NCBI GenBank assembly: GCA_050633305.1
Contig: JBOEGF010000018.1
Span: 864,001 to 928,000 of the forward strand
DNA length: 64,000 nt
DNA from: Nannocystales bacterium
GTDB lineage: Bacteria > Myxococcota_A > Polyangia > Nannocystales > Nannocystaceae
Direction: 5' to 3'
Positions within the stretch are counted from its first letter, which is position 1. Every line of letters starts with the position of its first letter. Positions 49,954-58,717 of the stretch are shown here, one piece after another. A program made the translations under genes and the position numbers. Under the pieces are notes generated by a model. It had not been told where the DNA came from. It did not search any database and saw only the letters and a list, made by a program, of their open reading frames with translations.

Positions 49954-50664
49954 GTGCGTCGCGTGTCTTGTTTGGTGGTGTGTCTCGCGGGCTGCGCGTC
50001 CTCGCCCGTGCCGGCCCCGTCGACGCCCGAGCCGAGCTCTGAGGCGGTGACGCCCGGTCCGGAGGCTCGTTCTGCGGACCCGACCGAGCGCCTCCTGAAG
50101 ACAGAGGAGGCCTTGGGCGAGCGCGACATCCGGGTCCGCATGACAGTGCATTCGGACGGCGCCGTAGACTCGACGTTCGTCGGCGCGTTGGTGATGCAAG
50201 GCGACCGCGTGGCACTGACCGCCTCCGGCAGCTTTGCGGGCACACCCGTGGAGCTGTCGTTCGAGGCCGACGGAGAACGCATGCGGGGGAAGGGCGGGGC
50301 TCGGGAGTTCGACCTGCCCCAGCCGCCTGGACTCCGAGACGTGTTGGCCGTGAGTCTCGTCCGCATGGGTATCTTGCACACACTCGCGATGCTTTCGGCA
50401 GGGCAGCCTCCCGACGTCCCCGAGGGCGATGTGCGGGACTGGTTGGTCGTCACCCCACAGCCGGGCGCGCCGACCGTCGCGGTGATGGAGCCGTTCCATC
50501 CGGATCTTCCGACCGACCCGGTGACGTTTCGGACGGCCGTCGCGGGAGAGGAATCGGTGACCGCCACCGTCTGGATCGAGGACAGCATCTTGGTCGAGCG
50601 CCAGCAAGAGACGCGGTTTGGCGAGGAGACGATGCGTGTGCTCGAGGCGTTCGAGCCGATGTAG
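49954..50664 (+). CDS. Hypothetical lipoprotein
   Basis: LAGC lipobox, Pro-rich linker, beta-rich remainder; fills the gap between recognised genes. Confidence 0.6.
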   Translation: MRRVSCLVVCLAGCASSPVPAPSTPEPSSEAVTPGPEARSADPTERLLKTEEALGERDIRVRMTVHSDGAVDSTFVGALVMQGDRVALTASGSFAGTPVELSFEADGERMRGKGGAREFDLPQPPGLRDVLAVSLVRMGILHTLAMLSAGQPPDVPEGDVRDWLVVTPQPGAPTVAVMEPFHPDLPTDPVTFRTAVAGEESVTATVWIEDSILVERQQETRFGEETMRVLEAFEPM

Positions 50665-50716
50665 TGCGCCCAACACGCCCCTCGAAGACACGTGAACATT
50701 GTGTCAGTGTGCCGCC

Positions 50717-51763
50717 ATGGCAGGGCCCAGTGTGCTGCGACAGCTCAGCAACCCCGACAACCGCTTTCACCGAAGTGCGGTGGAGTGGGACATCGAGCCG
50801 CCGCCGAAGGTGAAACTGTCTCTGTACGAGGACCAGTCGAAGAGCATCCTGTCGCGAAACGACAGCCCCGATCTGGGCTTTGACTGGTCGGTGAACCCCT
50901 ACCGAGGGTGCTTTCACGGCTGCGCGTACTGCTACGCCCGCCCGTCCCACGAGTACCTCGACTTCGGGGCAGGGACGGACTTTGAGCGTAAGCTGGTGCT
51001 CAAGCGGAACGCCGCGCAGTTGCTGAGGCAGCGGTTCATGAAGCCTTCGTGGAGGGGCGAGCTGGTCTTGTTCTCGGGCAACACCGACTGCTACCAGCCG
51101 CTCGAGGCCGTGCAGGGACTGACGCGGGCGTGTCTCGAGGTCTGCCTCGAGTTCCGCAATCCCGCATCGATCATCACCAAGGGCGCGGTGATCGAGCGGG
51201 ACGCGGAACTCATCGCGGAGCTTCATCGGCAGAGCCACGCGTCGGTGATCGTCAGTTTGCCCTTCATCTCCGCGGAACATGCCCGGGCGATCGAGCCCTA
51301 CGTTCCGTCTCCGGCGCGCCGTCTGCAGGTGATCGAGCGGCTGTCCTCGCTGGGCATCCCTGTCGGGGTCAACATTGCCCCGATCATCCCCGGACTCAAC
51401 GACGCGGAGGGCCCGGCGATCTTGAAGGCGGCGCGGGAGGCTGGTGCGACGTTCTTTGGGTTGACGATGGTTCGGCTTCCCTCGCCGGTCGACAAGGTGT
51501 TCGAAGCCCGCATCCGCGAGACGCTCCCTCTTCGCGCGGATCGAATCCTCAGCCAGATCGAAGCCTGTCGGGGGGGCGCCCGCAACGATTCGCGGTTCGG
51601 CGCCCGAATGCGCGGCCAGGGTGCGCGCTGGGAGGTCATCGAAACGATGATCCGCGCGGCGGGGAGACGACATGGCATGGGCGCTGCGCCTCCTGTCCCC
51701 GAGCCCTCTGCGTTCCGACGCCCCGACCGCTCAGGACAGATGGGGTTGTTTGGCTCTGGCTGA
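50717..51763 (+). CDS. Radical SAM protein, PA0069/Rv2578c-like
   Basis: NPYRGCFHGCAYCYAR, TDCYQP, IITK, APIIPGLND. Confidence 0.9.
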   Translation: MAGPSVLRQLSNPDNRFHRSAVEWDIEPPPKVKLSLYEDQSKSILSRNDSPDLGFDWSVNPYRGCFHGCAYCYARPSHEYLDFGAGTDFERKLVLKRNAAQLLRQRFMKPSWRGELVLFSGNTDCYQPLEAVQGLTRACLEVCLEFRNPASIITKGAVIERDAELIAELHRQSHASVIVSLPFISAEHARAIEPYVPSPARRLQVIERLSSLGIPVGVNIAPIIPGLNDAEGPAILKAAREAGATFFGLTMVRLPSPVDKVFEARIRETLPLRADRILSQIEACRGGARNDSRFGARMRGQGARWEVIETMIRAAGRRHGMGAAPPVPEPSAFRRPDRSGQMGLFGSG

Positions 51764-51798
51764 GGGCGGGTGCGGAGATGAAACCGTCCGGGCCGAGC

Positions 51799-52581
51799 TC
51801 AGAGCCTTCCGATCCGAGTCTCGATGACCCAGTCCTCCAGCGCCGAACTCACCTCCAGCGACGGGTGCTCGGGCAGCTCGCTGGATGTGTTCGCGTCTTT
51901 CAAGAGGTCCAACACACGGTCCATCACCGCGACCGAAGCCTCCGGGTTGGGCAGCGGCTGTTTCTCCGCCTGTCGCTTGTGGACGACCAGCGCGTCGACC
52001 TCCGGGACATCGTAGGTGTCATACAGCCGGGTGAGATCCGGCTCGCAGATGCCGGTCTGAAGCAGGTGAACGCCGGTGAGTGCGGTCCGCAGGACGTAGA
52101 GCACTCGCTTGGCGGTCGGTGCATCGCCCTCGACGACATGTTTGTACTGGCTTCGGGCGAACCCGAGGTAGTGGCGATACACGCGGCGGCTGAGGCAAGC
52201 CCTGGCGTGCGTGCCAAGCGTGTCGCACAGCGGGTCGCGCTGCGTGACCCAGGCGTTGCTGAGGACGCGCTCGAGCATGTTGCCGTCCCCTTTGAGCAAC
52301 CCGCGTGCGCACTGGCTCAGCTCGTTGGAGGTGTAGTCGATCTCGATGCCGTCGATGAATTCGAGCCGGTTGGCAGCGACCGGTGGGGCCTCGAATCCGA
52401 GCAAGGCCCGGGTGTCCGCGATGTGGATGGCCTTGAGGTCCAGGTCGCTGTCGGGGCTGGGAAACCCGTACGCGTGGGCGCCCGAGAGGTGGACGATCAC
52501 GTGGTGCCGCTTGGTGGATTCTTCGGCGAGAGCGGCGTGCGCGACGCGGCGCTGTTCATCTCGGAGTCGGTCGTCCCGCAT
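51799..52581 (-). CDS. Pol-beta superfamily nucleotidyltransferase (RlaP/YcgL-like)
   Basis: SGAHAYGFPSPDSDLDLK, LLKGDGNMLE, HYLGFA, K..LYVLR..LTG.HL. Confidence 0.82.
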   Translation of the reverse strand: MRDDRLRDEQRRVAHAALAEESTKRHHVIVHLSGAHAYGFPSPDSDLDLKAIHIADTRALLGFEAPPVAANRLEFIDGIEIDYTSNELSQCARGLLKGDGNMLERVLSNAWVTQRDPLCDTLGTHARACLSRRVYRHYLGFARSQYKHVVEGDAPTAKRVLYVLRTALTGVHLLQTGICEPDLTRLYDTYDVPEVDALVVHKRQAEKQPLPNPEASVAVMDRVLDLLKDANTSSELPEHPSLEVSSALEDWVIETRIGRL

Positions 52582-52586
52582 GTGGC

Positions 52587-53852
52587 TCAGTCTACGCCGG
52601 ACCCACGCAGCACTGCAGCGGCATCCACACCCCAGGGTCCGGGGACCTGCTCGAGCCAGCGCCGGGCGGATTCCTCGCGGAGCCGCAACAGCACGGAATC
52701 GGCCCGGGCAAAGTCGGGATGTTCGGGCAGCACGCTGTGCTCGCGGGCTTCGTCGAGCTCCTGCGCCACGTTGTCCGTCCATTGCAACGCGGTCTCGAGG
52801 GCGACGTCGCCGCGCTTGATCGCCAGGAGGCGGTCGCGGAGCTCCCCCTCGGCTGCGATGAGGGGCACTCCGGTGCGGAGCCACTGCACCGCGCACGAGA
52901 CGATCCGCAGCAGGTTGTACGCGTTCTTGGGCCGGAGCTCCCGGGGGAGGTCGAGACCAGCCGCGTCGGCTCGGGCGAAGTCGGCGAGCGCCTCGAAGCT
53001 GCACGCGGACAGGAGGCCCTGGTCGAACATCGAGCGGTACAGCTGCTTGAGGTACTGCTTGGCGCGCAGGACCTCGTCCTTCGTAGAGACCCCCGCAGCG
53101 CTCACAGCCTCGTCCGCGAGCCGACCCGCTACGTGGTCGAGGGAGGCGTCCGGATCGTGTCGCAGCCATGCGAGGACGTCACTGCGATGCCGGGCGAGGC
53201 GCAACGACTGTCGGAGCTTCTTCGACTGTGCGACCGCGTAGCGGCCGAATGAGCCGTAGATCCGAGTGGAAACGAAGGCGTCGCGAGCTTCGAAGAGGGC
53301 GTCCGCCAGCGGGTCCATCGTGTCTCGCTGGGGGACGAACAGCATCTCGAGCGTGTTGGGGTCCGCGCGGAGGGCCTGCTCGATCGTGCGGCCGACCTCC
53401 CACAGGGTGTGGCTGCCATCGGCGCTGACGACCACGTCGGGCACGCGTCCCCGGGCGCAGGCCCAAGGGAAGGGCCACAGCAAGACGCCGCGGGTGTCGT
53501 GGTCACTCTTCGAGTCCGAGAGTCCCCACGCCCGGGAGCCGACGGTCGCTCGGGAGAGGACGCATGGGCCCAGCGCGGCTTCGGCGTGGGCTCGATCCAC
53601 GGCATGCCGCAGCTGGCCCTCCGTCCTGGGGACGATGTCCTCTCGAGGGACGATGAGCGGGGGCCGACCGACGACCGTGATCTGAATGCCGCCCGCCTGC
53701 GGGTGCCCGGTGACGCGTCCGAGCGTCCCCATCGGGAGCCGTACGTCTTCGAAGGCGACGCTCCGGCGCAGCGTAACCTCGCAGCCATGCGGAAGCGCGA
53801 CCCGCTGAGGGTCCACCGCCGCAAGCCCCTTCGGGATGCGTGCGCCTGACAT
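52587..53852 (-). CDS. Pol-beta superfamily nucleotidyltransferase (RlaP-like) with N-terminal beta domain
   Basis: VGSRAWGL...SDHDTRG, ADPNTLEML, SFGRYA..Q, KNAYNLLR, LLAIKRG, LPEHPD. Confidence 0.8.
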   Translation of the reverse strand: MSGARIPKGLAAVDPQRVALPHGCEVTLRRSVAFEDVRLPMGTLGRVTGHPQAGGIQITVVGRPPLIVPREDIVPRTEGQLRHAVDRAHAEAALGPCVLSRATVGSRAWGLSDSKSDHDTRGVLLWPFPWACARGRVPDVVVSADGSHTLWEVGRTIEQALRADPNTLEMLFVPQRDTMDPLADALFEARDAFVSTRIYGSFGRYAVAQSKKLRQSLRLARHRSDVLAWLRHDPDASLDHVAGRLADEAVSAAGVSTKDEVLRAKQYLKQLYRSMFDQGLLSACSFEALADFARADAAGLDLPRELRPKNAYNLLRIVSCAVQWLRTGVPLIAAEGELRDRLLAIKRGDVALETALQWTDNVAQELDEAREHSVLPEHPDFARADSVLLRLREESARRWLEQVPGPWGVDAAAVLRGSGVD

Positions 53853-53856
53853 GGCC

Positions 53857-55185
53857 TCAGTCCCGACTGAACGGCGATGCGGCGACCCACTTGTCCCGCT
53901 GGAACCACAACTCGACGACTTCCTTGCGTGGTTCGGGACGGACGCTGAAGCGAATCATCGAGGGGATGTACTCATAGCCGCAGGCCTCCGAATGCTCTTT
54001 GCAGGTCAGCTTGCCGGCCGTGGGCGCCATGAGAGAGCGGCCCCGGAGGCTACCGTCGAGGCTGACGAGTCCTTCGAACCAGACGGAGCTGGCTTCGCCA
54101 AGCCGGTAGGTTCCGGTGACGGTACGCCCGTCGAATGCGACATCGAGCGTGGGCGTGGCGGCCGGGTTTGCGCCCTCTTGCGCATAGACGCCCGCATGCG
54201 ACTTCGCGACCGCGACCGCGACTTGCTTGCCCAGAGCGGCCAGGCCCTTGTCCAGGGCCGCGCCGCGAACTTTCATGGCCTTGACGACCTTGTCGACCTT
54301 GGCCGTGGAGCGGAGCATCTGCGCCTGGTGGAGCTGGGTTTGCCAGGCGACGAGGTCGGTCGATGCCAGCTCGAGTTGTTTGGCGTAGCGCTTGGCGTTG
54401 CTCGCTGTCTTGCGCTCCGAGGCGAGCCGAGCGACTTCGGTGACGGCGGGAGCGTGGGTCTCGTAGAAGAGCTGCTCGAACTCGGCCAGGCGCTTGCGGG
54501 CTTCGTCGAGGGCTCGGGCGGACTCCAAGCCGGAGAAGGTCTGCCCCTCGCCCCAGCGCCCTTGCGCGACCGAGGGGTCGCATTGGTCGCAGATCATCGG
54601 GCTGGCGTCCTCGTAACGAGGGTCCTCCGACTTGTCGAAAGCCCGCGCGTACTGTCTTGCAAAGGCGACGTGCCGCGCCTTCTTCCGCTGGAGTTCGGCG
54701 AGACTGTCCGCTTCGATCGCACCCCAGACCTTGCCCTTGTGGGACCACTCCACTCGCCAGCGGTTGCATGTGATCGCCCTGGCTGGATCCGAGACCGGGG
54801 TTCGGACCGCGTCGCAGGACTCGCGGACGATACGGCCGGCGTTGGGCAAGACCAACGCGTCGAACGGGCGCATCAGCGGTCGCTTCGTGGCGTCCGAATC
54901 CGTGGCAGGGGCTCCAGTCTCGGACTTCGGCTTCGAGTCCGACTCTGGCGTCGAGTCCGACGTTGGCTTCGAGTCCGGCTTCGAATCCGACTTCGACGTT
55001 GGCTTCGACGTTGGCTTCGACGTTGGCTTCGACGTTGGCTTCGACGTTGGCTTCGACGTTGGCTTCGACGTTGGCTTCGAGTCCGGCTTGGCGCTGGGTT
55101 TCGCCTCCGGCTTCGCCCCGGTCCCGGTTGACCCCGCGGGGGCAAGGGCGAGAGCACTGGTCAGCAGCAACGCGGACAGAAACAT
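53857..55185 (-). CDS. Secreted hypothetical protein with (KPTS)n stalk, coiled coil and C-terminal beta domain
   Basis: Signal peptide MFLSALLLTSALALA, low-complexity stalk, six Cys, heptad-rich middle. Confidence 0.7.
   Translation of the reverse strand: MFLSALLLTSALALAPAGSTGTGAKPEAKPSAKPDSKPTSKPTSKPTSKPTSKPTSKPTSKPTSKSDSKPDSKPTSDSTPESDSKPKSETGAPATDSDATKRPLMRPFDALVLPNAGRIVRESCDAVRTPVSDPARAITCNRWRVEWSHKGKVWGAIEADSLAELQRKKARHVAFARQYARAFDKSEDPRYEDASPMICDQCDPSVAQGRWGEGQTFSGLESARALDEARKRLAEFEQLFYETHAPAVTEVARLASERKTASNAKRYAKQLELASTDLVAWQTQLHQAQMLRSTAKVDKVVKAMKVRGAALDKGLAALGKQVAVAVAKSHAGVYAQEGANPAATPTLDVAFDGRTVTGTYRLGEASSVWFEGLVSLDGSLRGRSLMAPTAGKLTCKEHSEACGYEYIPSMIRFSVRPEPRKEVVELWFQRDKWVAASPFSRD
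54991..55074. repeat. 12-bp tandem repeat (CTTCGACGTTGG)x7 with degenerate flanking copies
   Basis: Seven perfect units read directly; encodes PTSK repeats on the minus strand. Confidence 0.95.
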
Positions 55186-55240
55186 CGGTGGTGGAAGTCT
55201 ACACCGCCTCGGTGAGCACGCCCGTGCTTGGGACCGATGC

Positions 55241-55933
55241 TCAGGGGCGACAAAGGGCCGAATCGATGCCCAGGGTTTCGAAACGGGGCTCGAAGTCCCG
55301 GCGGACGCACCGCTCCAAGATCTCTGCGTATCGCGCGATCGGAAGCAAACCCCATCGCGCATCGGCCTGAGCGGTTCTTGGGGAGGGGGAATGTGCGCCC
55401 TGGCCGTAGTTGTCTCGCAGTCGTTGCATCATGTCGGGGAGGGCGCGTTCGACCTGGAGCGTGGCCTCGTCGGGACGGGTCTGGGTGAGCCAGTCCAGGC
55501 AGGCCCACCCGAAATCGCGGTGGCGGACCTCATCGCGGACGATCCGGTCGAGGGCGGTGCGGGCCGATTCGACGGTGCACTCGGCCCGCATCGCGACAAA
55601 GAGAGGCACTGCGACCGTCTCGCCCAAACAGAAGGTCTCCACGGTGACCCACAGCACATCGAGCCACAGGGGGACGTCGTTGCGGGCCAGCCCGAGCGAC
55701 TCCTGGACGAGGTCTGGCCGGGCATCGCAGCCGGCATCGCGGGCGACGACATGGCTGAGCGTCGCGTGCTCGAGCTCGTCATCCACCACCCGGAGCCCGT
55801 CGCGGATCAACGCCGGGGGCGCAGCCACGCGAATCAGCCACTGCACGAAGGAGGCCGCGATCGCGCTGCTCGTGTACTCCGCTTCGACGCGCCGGATCCA
55901 CTCTTCGCCGACGTGCGCCCCGGGGATGTCCAT
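55241..55933 (-). CDS. Ferritin-like diiron-carboxylate protein
   Basis: Ligand pattern AEY..DELEH..GET..DEVRH (E, ExxH, E, ExxH). Confidence 0.8.
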   Translation of the reverse strand: MDIPGAHVGEEWIRRVEAEYTSSAIAASFVQWLIRVAAPPALIRDGLRVVDDELEHATLSHVVARDAGCDARPDLVQESLGLARNDVPLWLDVLWVTVETFCLGETVAVPLFVAMRAECTVESARTALDRIVRDEVRHRDFGWACLDWLTQTRPDEATLQVERALPDMMQRLRDNYGQGAHSPSPRTAQADARWGLLPIARYAEILERCVRRDFEPRFETLGIDSALCRP

Positions 55934-55934
55934 G

Positions 55935-56435
55935 TCAGACGCCTTCGGACCCCTCGCTGACACATTGCACACGACGCGGTGGGGGCGGGTTGCACAGCGC
56001 TCCCTTGGGGCACTTGAAGTTACCGCTCGTCTGTTCCCAACACGAACCGTCGGGCCGCTTCGAGACGTTTTTCTCGTCGGTGGGCTCGGGGTACACCGAC
56101 TCGGGGCAATCAACCTCGACTGGGGCCGGTGGATTGCAAGAGATGTTGGGGTCCTGGGGGCACTCCACGTGCGGGAACTCGAGGCATGAACCGTCCGGTT
56201 GCAGGTGCACCACTGCTTTCGGGCTGGGATCCGGCGCTGGGTCGGGGTCCGGTGCTGGGTTGGGGTCGGGTGTCGGTTCGGGGTCTGGTGTTGGGTCAGG
56301 GTCCGGCGGGGGCGGGTTACCCGGTGGTGTGAGCTCCGGAGAGCTGTCCGGCGGGGGGGACGTCGAGCCGTCGCAAGCTAGATCTGCGAGGGAGATGGTC
56401 ACCACCATCGAGGCCACGAACGTCCGTCGGCGCAT
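55935..56435 (-). CDS. Exported Pro/Asp-stalk protein with two 4-Cys repeats
   Basis: MRRRTF N-terminus and LAC, PDP-rich stalk, two copies of PDGSC..CP..CNPP.P..V.C. Confidence 0.75.
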   Translation of the reverse strand: MRRRTFVASMVVTISLADLACDGSTSPPPDSSPELTPPGNPPPPDPDPTPDPEPTPDPNPAPDPDPAPDPSPKAVVHLQPDGSCLEFPHVECPQDPNISCNPPAPVEVDCPESVYPEPTDEKNVSKRPDGSCWEQTSGNFKCPKGALCNPPPPRRVQCVSEGSEGV

Positions 56436-56476
56436 GACGCAACGATACCAAGGTCCTCCGCAGCAAACGCTGGAAC

Positions 56477-57898
56477 ATGGGCTACGGTATGACCGGCATG
56501 ACCTCGACGGTGTTTCGAACCCCCACGGCTTCGTACGTGGTCACGGAGACCCTGCGGGAGTCCGCGTCCGCATCGACCTACGCAGTTCAACGCGAATCCG
56601 ATGGAGCGGGGTTCGTGCTCAAGCGCTTGGCAATCGCGAACCTGCAGCACTGGAAGCAGTTCGACCTCTTCGAGCGCGAGGTTGCCGCCCTTCGGGCCAT
56701 CGAGCATCCGTTCGTCCCGCGGTGGGTCGACAGTCATCTCGATGAAGCGTCTGGGGTCTTCGTCTCGGTCCAGACCCGGGTGCATGGCACCACGCTTCGG
56801 GAGTTGCTGCGCACCCGTGGTGGTCTGACTGCGCAGGAGGTCGACAACTACCTGCGGCAGGCGCTGGGCATCCTCACCCACCTGCACGAACGTGCGCCGC
56901 AGATCATTCACCGCGACATCAACCCGTCCAACGTCATGATCGCGAATGGTCAGGTTTATCTGATCGACTTCGGTGCCGTGAAGGTTGGCGATGGCCAAAG
57001 CACCTCGATGACCACGGTCGGGACCTTTGGCTACATGGCACCCGAGCAGATCCTGGGTCGCTCCACGGTCCAGAGCGACCTGTTTGGCCTGGGGATGACG
57101 ATGGTCGCGATGGCGACTGGGATGGAGCCCGCCTCGATGCCACAGAACCCGACGACGGGCCAGGTCGATCCGTCACAGTCACTCCGGGCTCCGCCGCACC
57201 TGGTCCGGGCGTTGCTGGCGATGATTCGCCCTGGGGTCGGCGAGCGGCCTCCCACGGCTCGCGCCGCCCTTGCGCTTCTCGACCAGCCCCAAGCTCCGGC
57301 TCAGCCGCCCGTGATGCACCACCCGCCGGGTTCTCCGTACGCCCAGGCCGCGGTCGTTCCGTACTCGCCTCAGATGGCGCCCTACGTGCATCGCGAGACC
57401 TCGCCCTACAAGGCTCCCGAAGCGCTGACGCCAGAGGACAAAGCCTATCTCGGTCAACATCGGTTGGAGTCGTTCCCGGCTCCGCTCGCTGTGTTGTTCC
57501 ACCTGATTACCTTCGGCATCTTCTCGCTGATTCACTTCGGCCTGCAGCACGACAAGATGCCGCAAGCCAAGCAGGATGACCCAAGCTCCGCCAAGGCGAT
57601 CGGGTTCAACTTCATCCCGTACTTCAACCTGTACTGGTTCATCTTTCAGCCGATGCGGTTGACGGACCGGCTCAACTTGCAGGACCGGATCCGTGACCGA
57701 CCCGATGGAACCTCGCGCGGGCTCATGCTCACCCTGTCGATCCTCGGGATGATTCCGTACATCAACTTCTTGATCGGGATTCCCCTGTACTCGATCGGCG
57801 TCTACAAACTTCAGAAGCAGATCAACCGCCTCGCGGACGAGCGCAAGGCTCTTCCGCCGGCGCCGCTGGCTTTGCCGCCAAACACCCGCTTTCCGTAG
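56477..57898 (+). CDS. Ser/Thr kinase with C-terminal multi-TM domain
   Basis: VLK, FERE, HRDINPSN, DFG, GTFGYMAPE, DLFGLG; C-terminal LITFGIF..FIPYFNLYW..IPYIN. Confidence 0.85.
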   Translation: MGYGMTGMTSTVFRTPTASYVVTETLRESASASTYAVQRESDGAGFVLKRLAIANLQHWKQFDLFEREVAALRAIEHPFVPRWVDSHLDEASGVFVSVQTRVHGTTLRELLRTRGGLTAQEVDNYLRQALGILTHLHERAPQIIHRDINPSNVMIANGQVYLIDFGAVKVGDGQSTSMTTVGTFGYMAPEQILGRSTVQSDLFGLGMTMVAMATGMEPASMPQNPTTGQVDPSQSLRAPPHLVRALLAMIRPGVGERPPTARAALALLDQPQAPAQPPVMHHPPGSPYAQAAVVPYSPQMAPYVHRETSPYKAPEALTPEDKAYLGQHRLESFPAPLAVLFHLITFGIFSLIHFGLQHDKMPQAKQDDPSSAKAIGFNFIPYFNLYWFIFQPMRLTDRLNLQDRIRDRPDGTSRGLMLTLSILGMIPYINFLIGIPLYSIGVYKLQKQINRLADERKALPPAPLALPPNTRFP

Positions 57899-57949
57899 AC
57901 ACGTGGCCCTTGTGTCGGGCGCAGGGTTTGCCCATGCTGGGCCCCGGTC

Positions 57950-58687
57950 ATGAGCGAGATCATTTCTATCGACGTCGGGGGGCGTGCGTTCGACGCCGCG
58001 TTTGCGCGGCCGGAGGGCGAGGGGCCGTGGCCCGCCGTCGTGGTCATCCACGACCTCCCCGGGTTTCGGGAGGATACACATCGGCACTGTGATCGTTTCG
58101 CAGCCGCCGGCTACATCGCGATCGCGCCCGACCTGTTCCGGGGCGGAAACATCGCGTGCGTGGTGCAGACCCTCAAGTCCTTGGCGACGCAGAAGGGCCA
58201 CGCGTACAAGGTCATCGATGGGGCGCGAAAGGCTGTCATTGCGCGCGATGATGTCGACTCGGACCGCGTTGCCGTCTGCGGGTTCTGTATGGGTGGTGGG
58301 TTCGCGCTGATCGCAGCCGCCGACGAGGCGTATGCCGTCGCTGCACCGTTCTATGGCGCGGTTCCGCGTGCGGCGTCTCGGCTTCGCGGGATCTGTCCGA
58401 CGCTGGCGCAGTACGGAACCGAGGACATCATGTTCGTGCCGCACGGACAGCGCTTGTCCGAGCACCTGCGCGAGCTGGGGATCGAACACGAGGTCCTCTT
58501 CCACGAAGGGGCCGGCCACGCGTTCATGAACAAGCTCGACGGCTTTGCGGCGAAGGCTGGGCCCTACACGCCCATGCGGGCCGCGTACGACCCTGAAGTC
58601 GAGGCGGTCGCTTGGAAGAACGTGCTCGCGTTCTTTGCGGAGCATATGCCCGCAAAGAACGCGGAAGTCTCGTTGCCGCCGGGGTAG
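57950..58687 (+). CDS. Dienelactone hydrolase family protein
   Basis: VVIHD..G, APDLF, GFCMGG, PFYG, GAGHAF. Confidence 0.92.
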   Translation: MSEIISIDVGGRAFDAAFARPEGEGPWPAVVVIHDLPGFREDTHRHCDRFAAAGYIAIAPDLFRGGNIACVVQTLKSLATQKGHAYKVIDGARKAVIARDDVDSDRVAVCGFCMGGGFALIAAADEAYAVAAPFYGAVPRAASRLRGICPTLAQYGTEDIMFVPHGQRLSEHLRELGIEHEVLFHEGAGHAFMNKLDGFAAKAGPYTPMRAAYDPEVEAVAWKNVLAFFAEHMPAKNAEVSLPPG

Positions 58688-58717
58688 GGGGCAGGGATAG
58701 GGGCAGCGGGAGTTCGC

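Noticed and set aside
50717..51763. Radical SAM gene as a maturase for the sulfatase or the Cys-repeat protein
   Set aside because: Matches the widespread PA0069-like family, has no SPASM Cys motif and is on the opposite strand to the nearby run
54991..55074. Repeat array considered as CRISPR
   Set aside because: Contiguous 12-bp units with no spacers, in frame within a CDS, and no cas genes
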